The notes under the pieces were generated by a model that ran no database searches, had not been told where the DNA came from, and saw nothing but the letters and a program-made list of their open reading frames with translations. A DNA stretch of 64,000 nt from Candidatus Hydrogenedentota bacterium (GTDB lineage Bacteria > Hydrogenedentota > Hydrogenedentia > Hydrogenedentales > SLHB01). A program made the position numbers and the translations under genes. The DNA lies in NCBI GenBank assembly GCA_020849535.1, contig JADLGB010000142.1:2688-66687 (forward strand), read 5' to 3'. This document shows, in pieces, positions 24,940-34,078 of this stretch (the stretch's first letter is position 1; every line of letters begins with the position of its first letter).

Positions 24940-27018
24940 CTACGGTGAAGACGCCGCGGGGGGCTCCGCCGGAGCAGGAGACGCGTCGCCGCGCAGCACG
25001 CTCAGGGCCTCGCTCGCGGCGGCGTTTGCCGGGTCCAATCGCATGGCCTCGGAGAAATGATGGATGGCTTCTTCCACCCTTCCCTGATTCGCAAGAATCG
25101 CGGCGAGATTCTGGTGCGCATCCACGTAGTTGGGGTCCAGATCCAGGGCCGCTTGCAATGCCTTCTCGGCGGGTCCCGCTTGACCTAGGAGATGACAGGC
25201 AATGCCGAGGTAGTACTGCGCGGATGCGCTCTTCGGATCGAGCCGGACCGCCTCCGTGGCTTCGGCCTGCGCTTCCGCAAGCTGATTCAGCAGGAGCAAG
25301 GCGTTCGCCAGACCCACATGAAGGGTGGCATCTCCAGGCTTCAACTTCGCCGCAGTCTTGTATTCGGACACGGCGGACTGCACATCGCCTTTCTGCGACA
25401 GGGCGACGCCCAGATTGTAGTGCGCCTCGACATTCGCGGGACTCAAGGACGCCGCGCGCTGGTACAGGAGAATCGCCTCATCCACGCTACCACCTGCCAG
25501 GCGCGCGTTCGCGACATTGATCAGGGCGTCGGGACTATCCGGCGCAAGCTCGAGCGTCTTTTGAAACGCCTCGAGACTGCCGTCCTTTCCTTGGAGCATC
25601 AGAGCGATTCCCAGGTTGTTGTGCGCGTCCGCGTAGGCGGGGACGATGCGAACGGCCTCACGTAGATGCGATTCGGCGGAGGCGTAGTCAGCCTCGCCGT
25701 CCTGCGCGGCGCGGGCGCGTTTCATCAGCGCAACACCGAGATTATTGTGGGCGACGGCGTTGTCCGGGGTCACGCGCAAAGTGTGCTCGAACAGGGTAAT
25801 CGTGTCTTTCCAGTAGCCGGCCTGCACATAGGAGACGGTCAGGAGAGGCGTCAGCACGGCCACGGCGCCCGAGGAAAGGATCACCCGGCGCGCTGGGAGT
25901 TTTCGCGTCAATTCGTCAATCCCCCAAGCCACCATGATGAAAAGCCCGATGTGCGGCAGGTAGGTGAAGCGGTCGGCCCGCGCGAAACTACCGATCTGCA
26001 CGATGCCGATCACCGGAAGCAACGTCACAAGCCACCAGAACCAGCCCGTGAACAGATAGGGGCTCTTGTGCCATCGCGACACCGCGAACGCGGTCACCGC
26101 GATAAGGCCCGCCACGGCTGCCAACACCGCCCACAGCGAGATCGCGGCGGGGTAGGGATAGTAGGGCGCCAAACCCGCGGGCCACACGGTGACCCAGACG
26201 TACATCACATACGAGATCATCGCGTTGCCGAGGCGCTCAAGGAATCCCACTTCCGTCAGGGTGCGCACCGCACCGCCGCGACTCTGGACGTAGACCGTGA
26301 TGATACACGCGGCGAGCGACGCGAGGAGAAACGGGATCTTCTCGCGAAAGAGACCCCTGAAGATGCGCCTCTTCTCGGAGAACACCGGCGAGGCGGCCAG
26401 GCGTCTCAGCGGCCATGCGTCCAACAGCAGGAGTAACACGGGCAGCGTCACGACCATGGGCTTGCAGAGCAGCGCGGGAAGGAAGTGGAAGAATGAGAGG
26501 AGATAGGGCTTCCATGTGCCGCGCTCCGCGTATTGCATGTAGAACTTCAGGGTGAGTAGGAAGAAGTGCATGCTGAGCACATCCTTCCTGCTCGAAAGCC
26601 ACGCCACGGGCTCGACATGCAGGGGATGCAGTGCGAACAGCGCGGCCGCGAACGCACTGGGCCAGAAGACGCCCGTCATCGCGTGCAGCAGCATGAACAG
26701 CAGAACGGTGTTGGAGCAGTGGAAGATGACGTTGATGACATGCGGGGGGCCCGGATCGAGACCGAACAAGTCCACATCGATCATCTGGGTCAGCGTGCTG
26801 ACGGGCGTCCATCCAGCGTTGATCGGCTGCGTGAACGCGGCGATGACGCCGTCCCGGGTGACGCCGTTCATCACGTAGGGGTTTTCGGTGATGTAGACGT
26901 TGTCGTCGTAGTTGAGAAAGTCGAAGGCGCGCACCTGATGGTATACGGCAAGAATGCCGAGGACGAGCGCCGCGGCCACGACGGTGGTCTTTAACTGGTC
27001 ACGGGTAATCTTGATCAT
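24940..27018 (-). CDS. TMTC-like protein: N-terminal polytopic GT-C/DUF1736-like membrane domain plus C-terminal TPR repeats
   Basis: The N-terminal motif is FLNYDDNVYITENPYV, followed by about 10 TM segments. The C-terminal half consists of TPR units (AHNNLGVAL, AHNNLGIAL, AHYNLGVAL, AQYYLGIA). ATG 27018 is preferred over TTG 27057. Confidence 0.8.
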   Translation of the reverse strand: MIKITRDQLKTTVVAAALVLGILAVYHQVRAFDFLNYDDNVYITENPYVMNGVTRDGVIAAFTQPINAGWTPVSTLTQMIDVDLFGLDPGPPHVINVIFHCSNTVLLFMLLHAMTGVFWPSAFAAALFALHPLHVEPVAWLSSRKDVLSMHFFLLTLKFYMQYAERGTWKPYLLSFFHFLPALLCKPMVVTLPVLLLLLDAWPLRRLAASPVFSEKRRIFRGLFREKIPFLLASLAACIITVYVQSRGGAVRTLTEVGFLERLGNAMISYVMYVWVTVWPAGLAPYYPYPAAISLWAVLAAVAGLIAVTAFAVSRWHKSPYLFTGWFWWLVTLLPVIGIVQIGSFARADRFTYLPHIGLFIMVAWGIDELTRKLPARRVILSSGAVAVLTPLLTVSYVQAGYWKDTITLFEHTLRVTPDNAVAHNNLGVALMKRARAAQDGEADYASAESHLREAVRIVPAYADAHNNLGIALMLQGKDGSLEAFQKTLELAPDSPDALINVANARLAGGSVDEAILLYQRAASLSPANVEAHYNLGVALSQKGDVQSAVSEYKTAAKLKPGDATLHVGLANALLLLNQLAEAQAEATEAVRLDPKSASAQYYLGIACHLLGQAGPAEKALQAALDLDPNYVDAHQNLAAILANQGRVEEAIHHFSEAMRLDPANAAASEALSVLRGDASPAPAEPPAASSP

Positions 27019-27049
27019 GGTGGCGGTAGTGTGGTTCAGCGGCGCGGGG

Positions 27050-28909
27050 TTAGTCAACCGGAAGCGTGAAGACGAAACGCGCCCAATGGCCTTCCATCGA
27101 CTCGGCCCAGACTCGCCCGCCGTGCCTGCCCACCAACTGTTTCACGATGAAAAGGCCCAGACCGGTCCCTTTGCGGCCGGTCGTCTCGTCCACATCGAAG
27201 CGCTCGAACTTCTGGAAGAGTTGCGGTAGGTGATCCCTGTTGATCCCTTTACCCTCGTTCCAGACGCTCAGGGTGACCTCCTTGTCATTGCGGTCCGCCT
27301 GAATCAGGACGGTCCCGCCCGTGCGCCCGTATTTGCCTGCGTTCCCGATGAGATTGTCGTACACCACGCGGAGCAAGTTCACATCGCCGGTCACGACGAG
27401 ACTATCCGGCACGGTAACTTCCACGGTCATCGAGCGTTCGGCAAACTGCCGGCTGTGGGCGCGCACCGTGGGCGCGATCACGTCCGCCACAAGCTTCACG
27501 CGCGATTTGATGACCTGCAATTCGCCGCGCTCCAGCCGCGATAATTGCAGGTAGTTGTTTGTAATCTCATCGAGGTAGGCAAGGCTCTGCGCGATCAGTT
27601 CGACACCCTCGCGCAAGTCGCCCTCGAGCTTCCCGTAGGATCCGTCTTTCAGCAGTTCGGCATTGAACATCGCGGCGCTGATGGTACTGCGCAGTTCGTG
27701 CGTGACAAAGCCGAGCATGTCGAGGTAGTTGCGATTGGCCGTTTCCAGGGCGCTCTTCTTGGCCACGATTTCATTGTGCCCATCTTCGATCTGGTCGGCC
27801 ATCCGGTTGAACGACGCGGCTAGGTCGCCTACCTCATCGCGGCTGTTCACGGTCACCCGCGCGGCGAAATCGCCCTGGGCGATCTGCTGCGTCGTCTTGT
27901 CGAGCGCCGTGATCTGGCGCATGACGCCGCGCGCACCTAGATAGCTGGCGAGAAAGGCCAGCGCCGTTACGATGGCGAGGAGCGTGGCGATCGTCAGCAC
28001 AACCTCTCGTTTCATGTCTTCGTAGATCAATTCGAGTTCGCCCACGTACAGCATGCCGATTGGGGTGCCGGTGGGGTCAAACATGGGCTCGTAGCGGGAC
28101 AAGTACCAGTCGTTCACAACGAGCGCGCGTCCGGTCCAGGGCTCCCGTTTTTCGAGCACTTGATGCGCCACTTCCGGCGACACGGTGGTTCCGAGAGCGC
28201 GTTCTCCATTGGGAAGCAAAACGGTGGTCGCAACACGGACCGTGCCGAGAAAGATCGTGACCGTGCCTACCCGGCGGTCCTTATAAAGACGGTTGGAAAA
28301 GACGTTCCCCTGGACTTCGTCCACGATGCCCGTGGCGCCGTTCAAGAGGGTCCCTACGAGGATGTGACCCTGGACGTTGCCCGCCGCGTCCAGGAGCGGT
28401 TCCAGGGCGAACAGGATCATCCCAGTGCCGTTCTGGCCCTCAGTACTGCATCGCGCGGCAAGGGCGGCGCCTTCGCGGGCCAACGACTCGGGTGCGAGGA
28501 GGAAGGTGCCCGACACGCGTTCGTCGTGGCCCCAGAATCGTTCCAAAGGGGGAGCATTGAAGCGGTCACCCGCTTCGTCTGACTGGGCGCGCTGGACCAC
28601 GGTGGCATCCGGTTTCAGCCACAGGACCAAGTCCAGAGACCAGCGCTCGCGCGCGCGTTCGAGAAGGGCGCGGCCCTGTTTGTCCGCCGTGAGTTCCTCG
28701 GATTCCGCGAGAAATGCCGCGACGGTTTCCAGGAGACGGCGCTGGTCGTCAAGCACCTGCCACGCCGAGCGAATGGTGAGTGTCATGCGCTCGTTGGTTT
28801 GACGGATGATCAGCGTGCTGACCCAACCCACCTGAAGCACGGCGATGACCACAAACAGCACCACGAAGACGCTGACGATCACCAGACCCACTTTGGTACG
28901 CAGTTTCAC
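27050..28909 (-). CDS. sensor histidine kinase with periplasmic Cache-like domain and HAMP
   Basis: GTG start, with GAGG upstream. It has two TM segments flanking a ~280-aa extracytoplasmic region. It also has a HAMP domain (ITALDKTTQQIAQGDFAARV...DEVGDLAASFNRMADQI), the H-box FVTHELRSTISAA, the N-box NLIGNAGKYG and the G-box GTGLGLFIV. Confidence 0.85.
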   Translation of the reverse strand: MKLRTKVGLVIVSVFVVLFVVIAVLQVGWVSTLIIRQTNERMTLTIRSAWQVLDDQRRLLETVAAFLAESEELTADKQGRALLERARERWSLDLVLWLKPDATVVQRAQSDEAGDRFNAPPLERFWGHDERVSGTFLLAPESLAREGAALAARCSTEGQNGTGMILFALEPLLDAAGNVQGHILVGTLLNGATGIVDEVQGNVFSNRLYKDRRVGTVTIFLGTVRVATTVLLPNGERALGTTVSPEVAHQVLEKREPWTGRALVVNDWYLSRYEPMFDPTGTPIGMLYVGELELIYEDMKREVVLTIATLLAIVTALAFLASYLGARGVMRQITALDKTTQQIAQGDFAARVTVNSRDEVGDLAASFNRMADQIEDGHNEIVAKKSALETANRNYLDMLGFVTHELRSTISAAMFNAELLKDGSYGKLEGDLREGVELIAQSLAYLDEITNNYLQLSRLERGELQVIKSRVKLVADVIAPTVRAHSRQFAERSMTVEVTVPDSLVVTGDVNLLRVVYDNLIGNAGKYGRTGGTVLIQADRNDKEVTLSVWNEGKGINRDHLPQLFQKFERFDVDETTGRKGTGLGLFIVKQLVGRHGGRVWAESMEGHWARFVFTLPVD

Positions 28910-28951
28910 GCAAGCCTCATCGCATGATGCCCGGGCGAGTGGCGCCCTCGA

Positions 28952-29566
28952 TCAGGTGTGCCATGCGGCGTCGAAGAATCGGTATTCGAGTTCCATGGCG
29001 CGCCGGTAGTTGTACCTGATGCGGTCCGTCGGAACCGCATAGCCTTCGAGGAGATCCTCCAGGCGCGTCGCGAGGCCCTCAAACTCGGGACTGCTGTACG
29101 TGATCACCCAGTCCCGGTAGGGGCTGTCCGGCGCGAGGCGATCCGCGAGTTCCTGCCCCAGCCACGCGTAAAGGCGCATGCAGGGCGTCATCGCGGCGAT
29201 GATCTCGCCGACGGTCGCCAGCGCGGCCACGCCCATGAGGAAGTCCGTGTAGGCCAGCGTAGCGGGATTGGGCTCGGGATCGGGGTTCAGGTTATGGCGT
29301 TTGGCGATTTCCTCGTGAAGGTCCAGCTCGTCAAGGACGCCGTCCAGCAAGTCCTTGAACGCGAAGAAGCCGGCCCGGTCGGGGCTCTTGGCAAGGGCCA
29401 GGGCATAGGCCCGCGCAAAGGTGTCCAGAAAGTACGCGTCCTGTTCCATGTAGCGCGCGAAGCGTTGCGGGGGAAGCGCACCCGAAGCAAGACCCTGAAC
29501 AAATGGATGTTCCAGACACTGCTGGGCGAGATCCTGATTCTCCAGCCAGAGTTCTTGAGCGTTCAT
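28952..29566 (-). CDS. tenA: TenA-family thiaminase II / aminopyrimidine aminohydrolase
   Basis: The N-terminus HPFVQGLASGALPPQRFARYMEQDAYFL is the classic TenA/THI-4 signature. It has an ATGA overlap with the upstream DJ-1 gene. Confidence 0.8.
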   Translation of the reverse strand: MNAQELWLENQDLAQQCLEHPFVQGLASGALPPQRFARYMEQDAYFLDTFARAYALALAKSPDRAGFFAFKDLLDGVLDELDLHEEIAKRHNLNPDPEPNPATLAYTDFLMGVAALATVGEIIAAMTPCMRLYAWLGQELADRLAPDSPYRDWVITYSSPEFEGLATRLEDLLEGYAVPTDRIRYNYRRAMELEYRFFDAAWHT

Positions 29567-30090
29567 GCGCGTTCCGCCGCGTCGAGGATGGCCTTCATGA
29601 AGACCGGGAGATCGCGCGGAATCTGGGCGGACACCATCTTGCCGTCCACCACGCAGCGCTCGTCAATCCAGATCGCGCCCGCGTTTTCGAGGTCATCCTT
29701 GATCGCGTTGACGCTGGTCATGCGCTTGCCTTTGACGATTCGCGCGCTGATCGGCACCCAACCCGCGTGGCAGATGGACCCGACGACCGCGCCGGCCGCC
29801 CATGCGTCCGCCACGAAACGGTTGCACTCGGGGTAGCGGCGAAGCTTGTCCGGCGCGAATCCGCCGGGGACAACGAGGACGCGGACTTGCGCCGGGTCTA
29901 TGTCGGCGAAGGTGCTGTCCGCCATGACGGGGTAGCCTTCCTTGGAAGTATAGGTGGCGCCCTTCTGGGGACCCACGACCTTCACGTCGTAGCCGGCTTC
30001 CTCGAGACGCAGCTTCGGATAGTGCAGTTCCAGGTTTTCGTACATGTTCTCGGCCAGCACGACCGCCAGCCCTTTGGAGCGCTCTCCCAT
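29563..30090 (-). CDS. DJ-1/PfpI family protein (type 1 glutamine amidotransferase-like)
   Basis: 175 aa. The nucleophile elbow is GSICHAGW and the conserved VVPGG motif is present. AAGGAGA lies upstream of the ATG. Confidence 0.85.
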   Translation of the reverse strand: MGERSKGLAVVLAENMYENLELHYPKLRLEEAGYDVKVVGPQKGATYTSKEGYPVMADSTFADIDPAQVRVLVVPGGFAPDKLRRYPECNRFVADAWAAGAVVGSICHAGWVPISARIVKGKRMTSVNAIKDDLENAGAIWIDERCVVDGKMVSAQIPRDLPVFMKAILDAAERA

Positions 30091-30270
30091 TCGCTTCTCC
30101 TTGAAATACCCAGTTCACCACGCCGTTAATGAAGTCATTCGCACCGAGGCCATGGAATGAATTCTACTCTGACGCCCAGGCAGTGAAGAAGGACTTCGTG
30201 TGTTTGGAGCCGATCCGCCGCATCTCATTGCCCTGGTGCCATTACATATAAACATGGTGTAGCACAATTA

Positions 30271-30314
30271 CCCCTTTGAAGGGGGTGGCCCGCAGGGCCG
30301 GGGGATGTTCTTCT
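30271..30314. repeat. REP-like repeat, family D (CCCCTTTGAAGGGGG + GGCCCGCAGGGCC)
   Basis: Two adjacent hairpins. A near-identical unit lies at 56770..56812 and a half unit at 56654..56668. Confidence 0.75.
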
Positions 30315-30333
30315 CCCTCTACTCGTTCCGGCC

Positions 30334-31428
30334 TCACTCCAACTCCGCGAGCGACGGATCCCATATTGTCGCGGCGATGTAGCGCTCTTCCTGTTCGCGT
30401 CCATGGAAATAATACACGGTCACGCACTTGCCGTCCGGCCGCTGGATCATCCGCGGATAGCCCAGGTCCCAACTCGCGCCGTCATCGCGCAGGATGATCT
30501 CCTGGCTCCACGTCACGCCTTCGTCCGCGCTGATACGCGCGCGGATGCCATACGGCGGCAGGCGGTGTCCGTACGTCAACGCAATGCGGCCGTCCTTCAA
30601 CCGGATCATGTGGGGAGGGTTGCCGGCATTGTTGATGAACGGCCGCTTCAGCAGGTACCAATGCACGCCGTTATCGTACGAAAGGTACGGCTCGATCCAC
30701 CATTGCTTCTGATCGTCGAGCGTGCCCCGGCGCCGGATCATGCAGAGGATGCCGTTGTCCGACAGGCGCAACGCCGATGGCATGATCGCGTAATCGCCCC
30801 GGCCCGGTTGCGCGCCGATCCAGCCCACGCGCTCCCAAGTCTTCCCGCCGTCCGTGGTGCGCGCACACAACGGCCAGCCCTCAGCGCCGTCGTCCTTGGC
30901 GGCCGCGAGAAACGCCAAAAGCTGGTGTTTGCCTTCCACCATGTAATCCGTGCGCGCCAACAGCTCGGGCTGACCGAACGTGGGCATGACATAGGGACCT
31001 TGCCACGTCTTGCAGCGATCGAGCGAGTAGTAGTACGTGCTCATCCGGAACTTCAGCGCGAAATCCGGGTGCGTGAAATCGATGCCGCCCGGCGGATCGC
31101 TGGGTGCGGCTTCCTTACCGTCCGGCGCCGAGGCCGAGGGGTCTTCGATAGTCCACGTCTTGCCGCCGTCGAGACTCCGCGCTTGGCGCTCCACGGACGG
31201 GCGCTCGCCATCGATGTCGTGACCGCCGGTCGGGCTCTCCTTGTAGTAGCCCCACTGGAACCCCACGACAATCTCATCGCCCCACGACCAGATGCCGTGG
31301 TTGGCGGGCCAGCCGCCGAAGCGCGTGGCCTCCTTGGCGACCACGACGTTCTCCCAGGCATTCTCTGGCGTCTGCGCGCTGCACAGCAGGGGGAAACATA
31401 AGACCGCGAAAAAGCAAAATCCTCGCAT
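30334..31428 (-). CDS. secreted BNR/Asp-box repeat protein, sialidase (GH33)-like beta-propeller
   Basis: It has a signal peptide and four Asp-box motifs (SLDGGKTW, TTDGGKTW, SYDNGVHW, SADEGVTW). AGGAGAGG lies upstream of the ATG. Confidence 0.8.
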   Translation of the reverse strand: MRGFCFFAVLCFPLLCSAQTPENAWENVVVAKEATRFGGWPANHGIWSWGDEIVVGFQWGYYKESPTGGHDIDGERPSVERQARSLDGGKTWTIEDPSASAPDGKEAAPSDPPGGIDFTHPDFALKFRMSTYYYSLDRCKTWQGPYVMPTFGQPELLARTDYMVEGKHQLLAFLAAAKDDGAEGWPLCARTTDGGKTWERVGWIGAQPGRGDYAIMPSALRLSDNGILCMIRRRGTLDDQKQWWIEPYLSYDNGVHWYLLKRPFINNAGNPPHMIRLKDGRIALTYGHRLPPYGIRARISADEGVTWSQEIILRDDGASWDLGYPRMIQRPDGKCVTVYYFHGREQEERYIAATIWDPSLAELE

Positions 31429-31573
31429 GTCACCTCTCCTCGGTTAAACCGCCTGAAGGATAACCAGCCGGCGCGAATTGTTACGCGCCATCATATAACG
31501 GGAGGGGTAATCGCACCAAGATCGGCAGGCAAGGCATCAAGGGCCACACGAATCCCTAAACGAACGCACACCG

Positions 31574-31748
31574 TAGGGCGAGATTTGTTCCCGCCTTCTT
31601 ACCTTACCAACTGTGAATCGGAGGGAGACTCATTCAGGACCTGTATACCCGTGTGCCCCACTGGGAGCGCCGGCATCCCTGTCGGCTCTTCGACAATCCA
31701 GAGGTAATCCCCACCTCGCAAAGAGGGCGGGAACAAATCCCGCCCTAC
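31574..31748. repeat. inverted pair of family E repeats directly downstream of the FmdE-like gene
   Basis: The two copies are 31574..31596 (GTAGGGCGAGATTTGTTCCCGCC) and 31726..31748 (GGCGGGAACAAATCCCGCCCTAC). The second abuts the stop codon at 31749..31751. Confidence 0.75.
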
Positions 31749-32426
31749 TTAAGGCTTCGCCCGCCCAGTCTTCTCTTCGACCTCGAAGATCTCCTTGCGA
31801 TCGAAGTCCGCCCACACGCCGTACGAAGCGTGTGCCACCGCGTGGAAATACGCTGGCGTCAGATCGCCATATTGCGCGCGCGCCTCTTGAATGATCTGGC
31901 CGATACGTTCCTGATACTCCGGTTTCAGGCTGAGCCGGATCGTGCGCTCCTTGTATGTGAACTGCGCGGCTACCTCGCCTTTCTCCTTTTTCGGCACGCG
32001 GATGAGGTTCTGCCCCAGCGTGCTTCCGAGCCCAACCTGGAGCCCATCCAGCATGCAGGACAGCGGCTGTCCGGACCCCGTCTCCGCCGTGACGGCAACG
32101 GCACGCATGGGCGCTTCGAGCACTTCGCGCGCGCGCACCGCCATCTTCGCGCCGAGCACGGTGTAGATGCCGACATGCTGGTGGAACTCGTGCGTGAGCA
32201 CGACTGCCTCCCACTCCTCCAGGCCGTAACGCTCCGGCACCCGCTCGCGCACCAACGCCGCCGTTGCCCCCTCGTAAGCCTCAGGCGCCGTGGGAAACTC
32301 GCTCAGGACATTCAGCGGCCGCACGCCAGGCGGCGCAGGCGCTAGCGATGGGTCGTCGCCCATCGCGGAGATTCCCGATACCGCAAGCACACAAAGCACG
32401 ACTTCAAACCTCAAGCGCATTTTCAT
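31749..32426 (-). CDS. secreted FmdE-family domain protein
   Basis: It has a signal peptide. The regions FHQHVGIYTVLGAKMAVRA and SCMLDGLQVGLGSTLGQNLI resemble the FmdE family motifs (FHGHxxPxxxxGxRM; SCxxDxxQxxxGxTxGxxNL). ATG 32426 is preferred over GTG 32435. Confidence 0.5.
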   Translation of the reverse strand: MKMRLRFEVVLCVLAVSGISAMGDDPSLAPAPPGVRPLNVLSEFPTAPEAYEGATAALVRERVPERYGLEEWEAVVLTHEFHQHVGIYTVLGAKMAVRAREVLEAPMRAVAVTAETGSGQPLSCMLDGLQVGLGSTLGQNLIRVPKKEKGEVAAQFTYKERTIRLSLKPEYQERIGQIIQEARAQYGDLTPAYFHAVAHASYGVWADFDRKEIFEVEEKTGRAKP

Positions 32427-32444
32427 TTCACGCACCTCTCTCTA

Positions 32445-33428
32445 CTAACCCAAACCATAGTGCCCGATCTGGCGGGGGATCCCGTAATTGTGGTCCTTAT
32501 CGTCGATCACGGGGAATTCCGTGGGGTACTTGATGAACTCGACGTGGCCGTCCATGTACAGGATGTTGCAGCCCCCGGGAATGTGGTTGAACACCACGCC
32601 GCCCGCCGCCGCGCCAGCGTCGCCGAAACTTCCATAGGTGTCAAACATCACGACCAGATCGCTCTGCGCCTTCGCCCCCGCAGCCGGATTGTTGATGTCG
32701 GTCACCGCGAACCGCTCAACGCCCTCCTTCAAGCGAACCGCTTTGTCGCCCCCGGCGTACCCTGTGCCCAGGATCGCCGTCCACGCCAGCTTCGTGGCGA
32801 CAGAGAGGTCCTGGTCCCAATCCTTGGGCGTAACCGGCATGATGACCGGCGCCGTACCCTGAATCGTGTTCGCGGGATACACCGCCCCCGAAGCGGGCGT
32901 GGTGCCTGTGGCATTCCACATGCCGTAGAACTCGTCTACATTGGTAATCGCGAACCCATGGTACCAATACGAGCGCCCAATGTACGCGGCGAAGAAGTAC
33001 TGCTCGCTCAGGTCGTCCCCGTTTGCCCGCGCGGCCTCGACATGCCCGTCAATCGAGCCCGAGGGCAGACGGTCCGCGACCATGGCGCCCGCGCCATCCG
33101 CTTCGGTATCTGACGGACACTTCGACACCGCGAGGTCCGTCAGATACTCAGGATAAACCTCAAACGGATCCGGCGCGGCGAACACCGGTACGCCGCCGGG
33201 ATTGGCAAACGGCGCCACCGGCGGAAATTCATCCCGGTTCTCGCCAGCGTACATCTTGTAGATGATCCCGTACTGCTTCAGATTGCTCGCGCACGACGCG
33301 CGGCGCGCGGCCTCACGCGCCCGCGCCAACGCCGGCAACAGGATTGCCGCGAGGATGCCGATGATCGCAATGACCACCAGCAATTCGATCAACGTGAACC
33401 CTTCTGCAAACTTCTTTGACACGTGCAT
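32445..33428 (-). CDS. DUF1559 / H-X9-DG-type protein with prepilin-type N-terminal cleavage/methylation domain
   Basis: The N-terminus is [43 protein letters not shown] and the C-terminal motif is [25 protein letters not shown] lies upstream of the ATG. Confidence 0.9.
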   Translation of the reverse strand: MHVSKKFAEGFTLIELLVVIAIIGILAAILLPALARAREAARRASCASNLKQYGIIYKMYAGENRDEFPPVAPFANPGGVPVFAAPDPFEVYPEYLTDLAVSKCPSDTEADGAGAMVADRLPSGSIDGHVEAARANGDDLSEQYFFAAYIGRSYWYHGFAITNVDEFYGMWNATGTTPASGAVYPANTIQGTAPVIMPVTPKDWDQDLSVATKLAWTAILGTGYAGGDKAVRLKEGVERFAVTDINNPAAGAKAQSDLVVMFDTYGSFGDAGAAAGGVVFNHIPGGCNILYMDGHVEFIKYPTEFPVIDDKDHNYGIPRQIGHYGLG

Positions 33429-33452
33429 GGTGACATCCTCCCCCTCAGGTTC

Positions 33453-33479
33453 GTATTACGAATCGCAGAATCGTAATAC
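33453..33479. promoter_or_regulatory. inverted repeat GTATTACGA-N9-TCGTAATAC in the 5' region of the DUF1559 gene
   Basis: It has perfect 9-bp arms (33453..33461 / 33471..33479), 25-50 nt upstream of the start codon at 33428. It shares the ATTAC/GTAAT half-site with the dyads in front of blaI. Confidence 0.45.
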
Positions 33480-33649
33480 TATCGGCCCCCAATGTCAAGT
33501 AACCTGTGCCCGATGGGCTGACAGGCGAGGGCACCTGTCCCACAAGTCTTTGTTCGTCCGCGCTGGTCCGTGCTTGTCCGTGGAACTGGTCTTTGCCCTG
33601 CTCCTGCGTGCCTTGCCAGGAAATTGTCCCACCCCCCCCTTGACTTTTG

Positions 33650-33686
33650 ATTACAGATGTAATATCTTATGAATTACACTTGTAAT
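33650..33686 (+). promoter_or_regulatory. two BlaI/MecI-type operator dyads (ATTACA-NN-TGTAAT) upstream of blaI
   Basis: Box 1 is ATTACAGATGTAAT (33650..33663) and box 2 is ATTACACTTGTAAT (33673..33686). A TTGACT -35-like hexamer lies at 33640..33645 and AT-rich -10 candidates are overlapped by box 1. The RBS GGAGG is at 33691..33695. Confidence 0.6.
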
Positions 33687-33701
33687 CCAAGGAGGCCGCC
33701 C

Positions 33702-34076
33702 ATGCCGAAAGTCCCCCAGATCTCCGAGGCCGAATGGGAAGTCATGCGCGTCTTGTGGGCGCGTGCGCCGCAGACCGCCAACGAGGTGTGTGCCGCGCTC
33801 GCGGACTCGACCACGTGGAGTCCGCGCACGATCAAGACCCTCCTGAACCGGCTGGTCAACAAAGGCGCGTTGAAATACAAGCCGCAGGGCCGCGCATACC
33901 ACTACCTGCCCGCCGTGAGCGAAAGCGCGTGTGTCCGCGCGGCGAGTAGGAGTTTTCTCAAGCGTGTATTCGGCGGCGCGCTGACGCCCATGCTTGCCCA
34001 TTTCCTCGAAGAAGAAAAGCTGAGTGCGGATGAGATCGCGGAGCTGAGGTCGATGCTCGACGAGCGGAGGGATTAG
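33702..34076 (+). CDS. blaI: BlaI/MecI/CopY-family transcriptional repressor
   Basis: Start moved to ATG 33702. The N-terminus PQISEAEWEVMRVLW...TANEVCAAL...WSPRTIKTLLNRLVNKGAL is the penicillinase-repressor winged helix. The stop lies 2 nt before the blaR1-like ATG. Confidence 0.9.
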   Translation: MPKVPQISEAEWEVMRVLWARAPQTANEVCAALADSTTWSPRTIKTLLNRLVNKGALKYKPQGRAYHYLPAVSESACVRAASRSFLKRVFGGALTPMLAHFLEEEKLSADEIAELRSMLDERRD

Positions 34077-34078
34077 CC

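Noticed and set aside
24813-25520. 235-aa Arg/Pro-rich ORF on the + strand
   Set aside because: It overlaps the TPR region of the TMTC-like gene on the opposite strand. Its composition is not protein-like.
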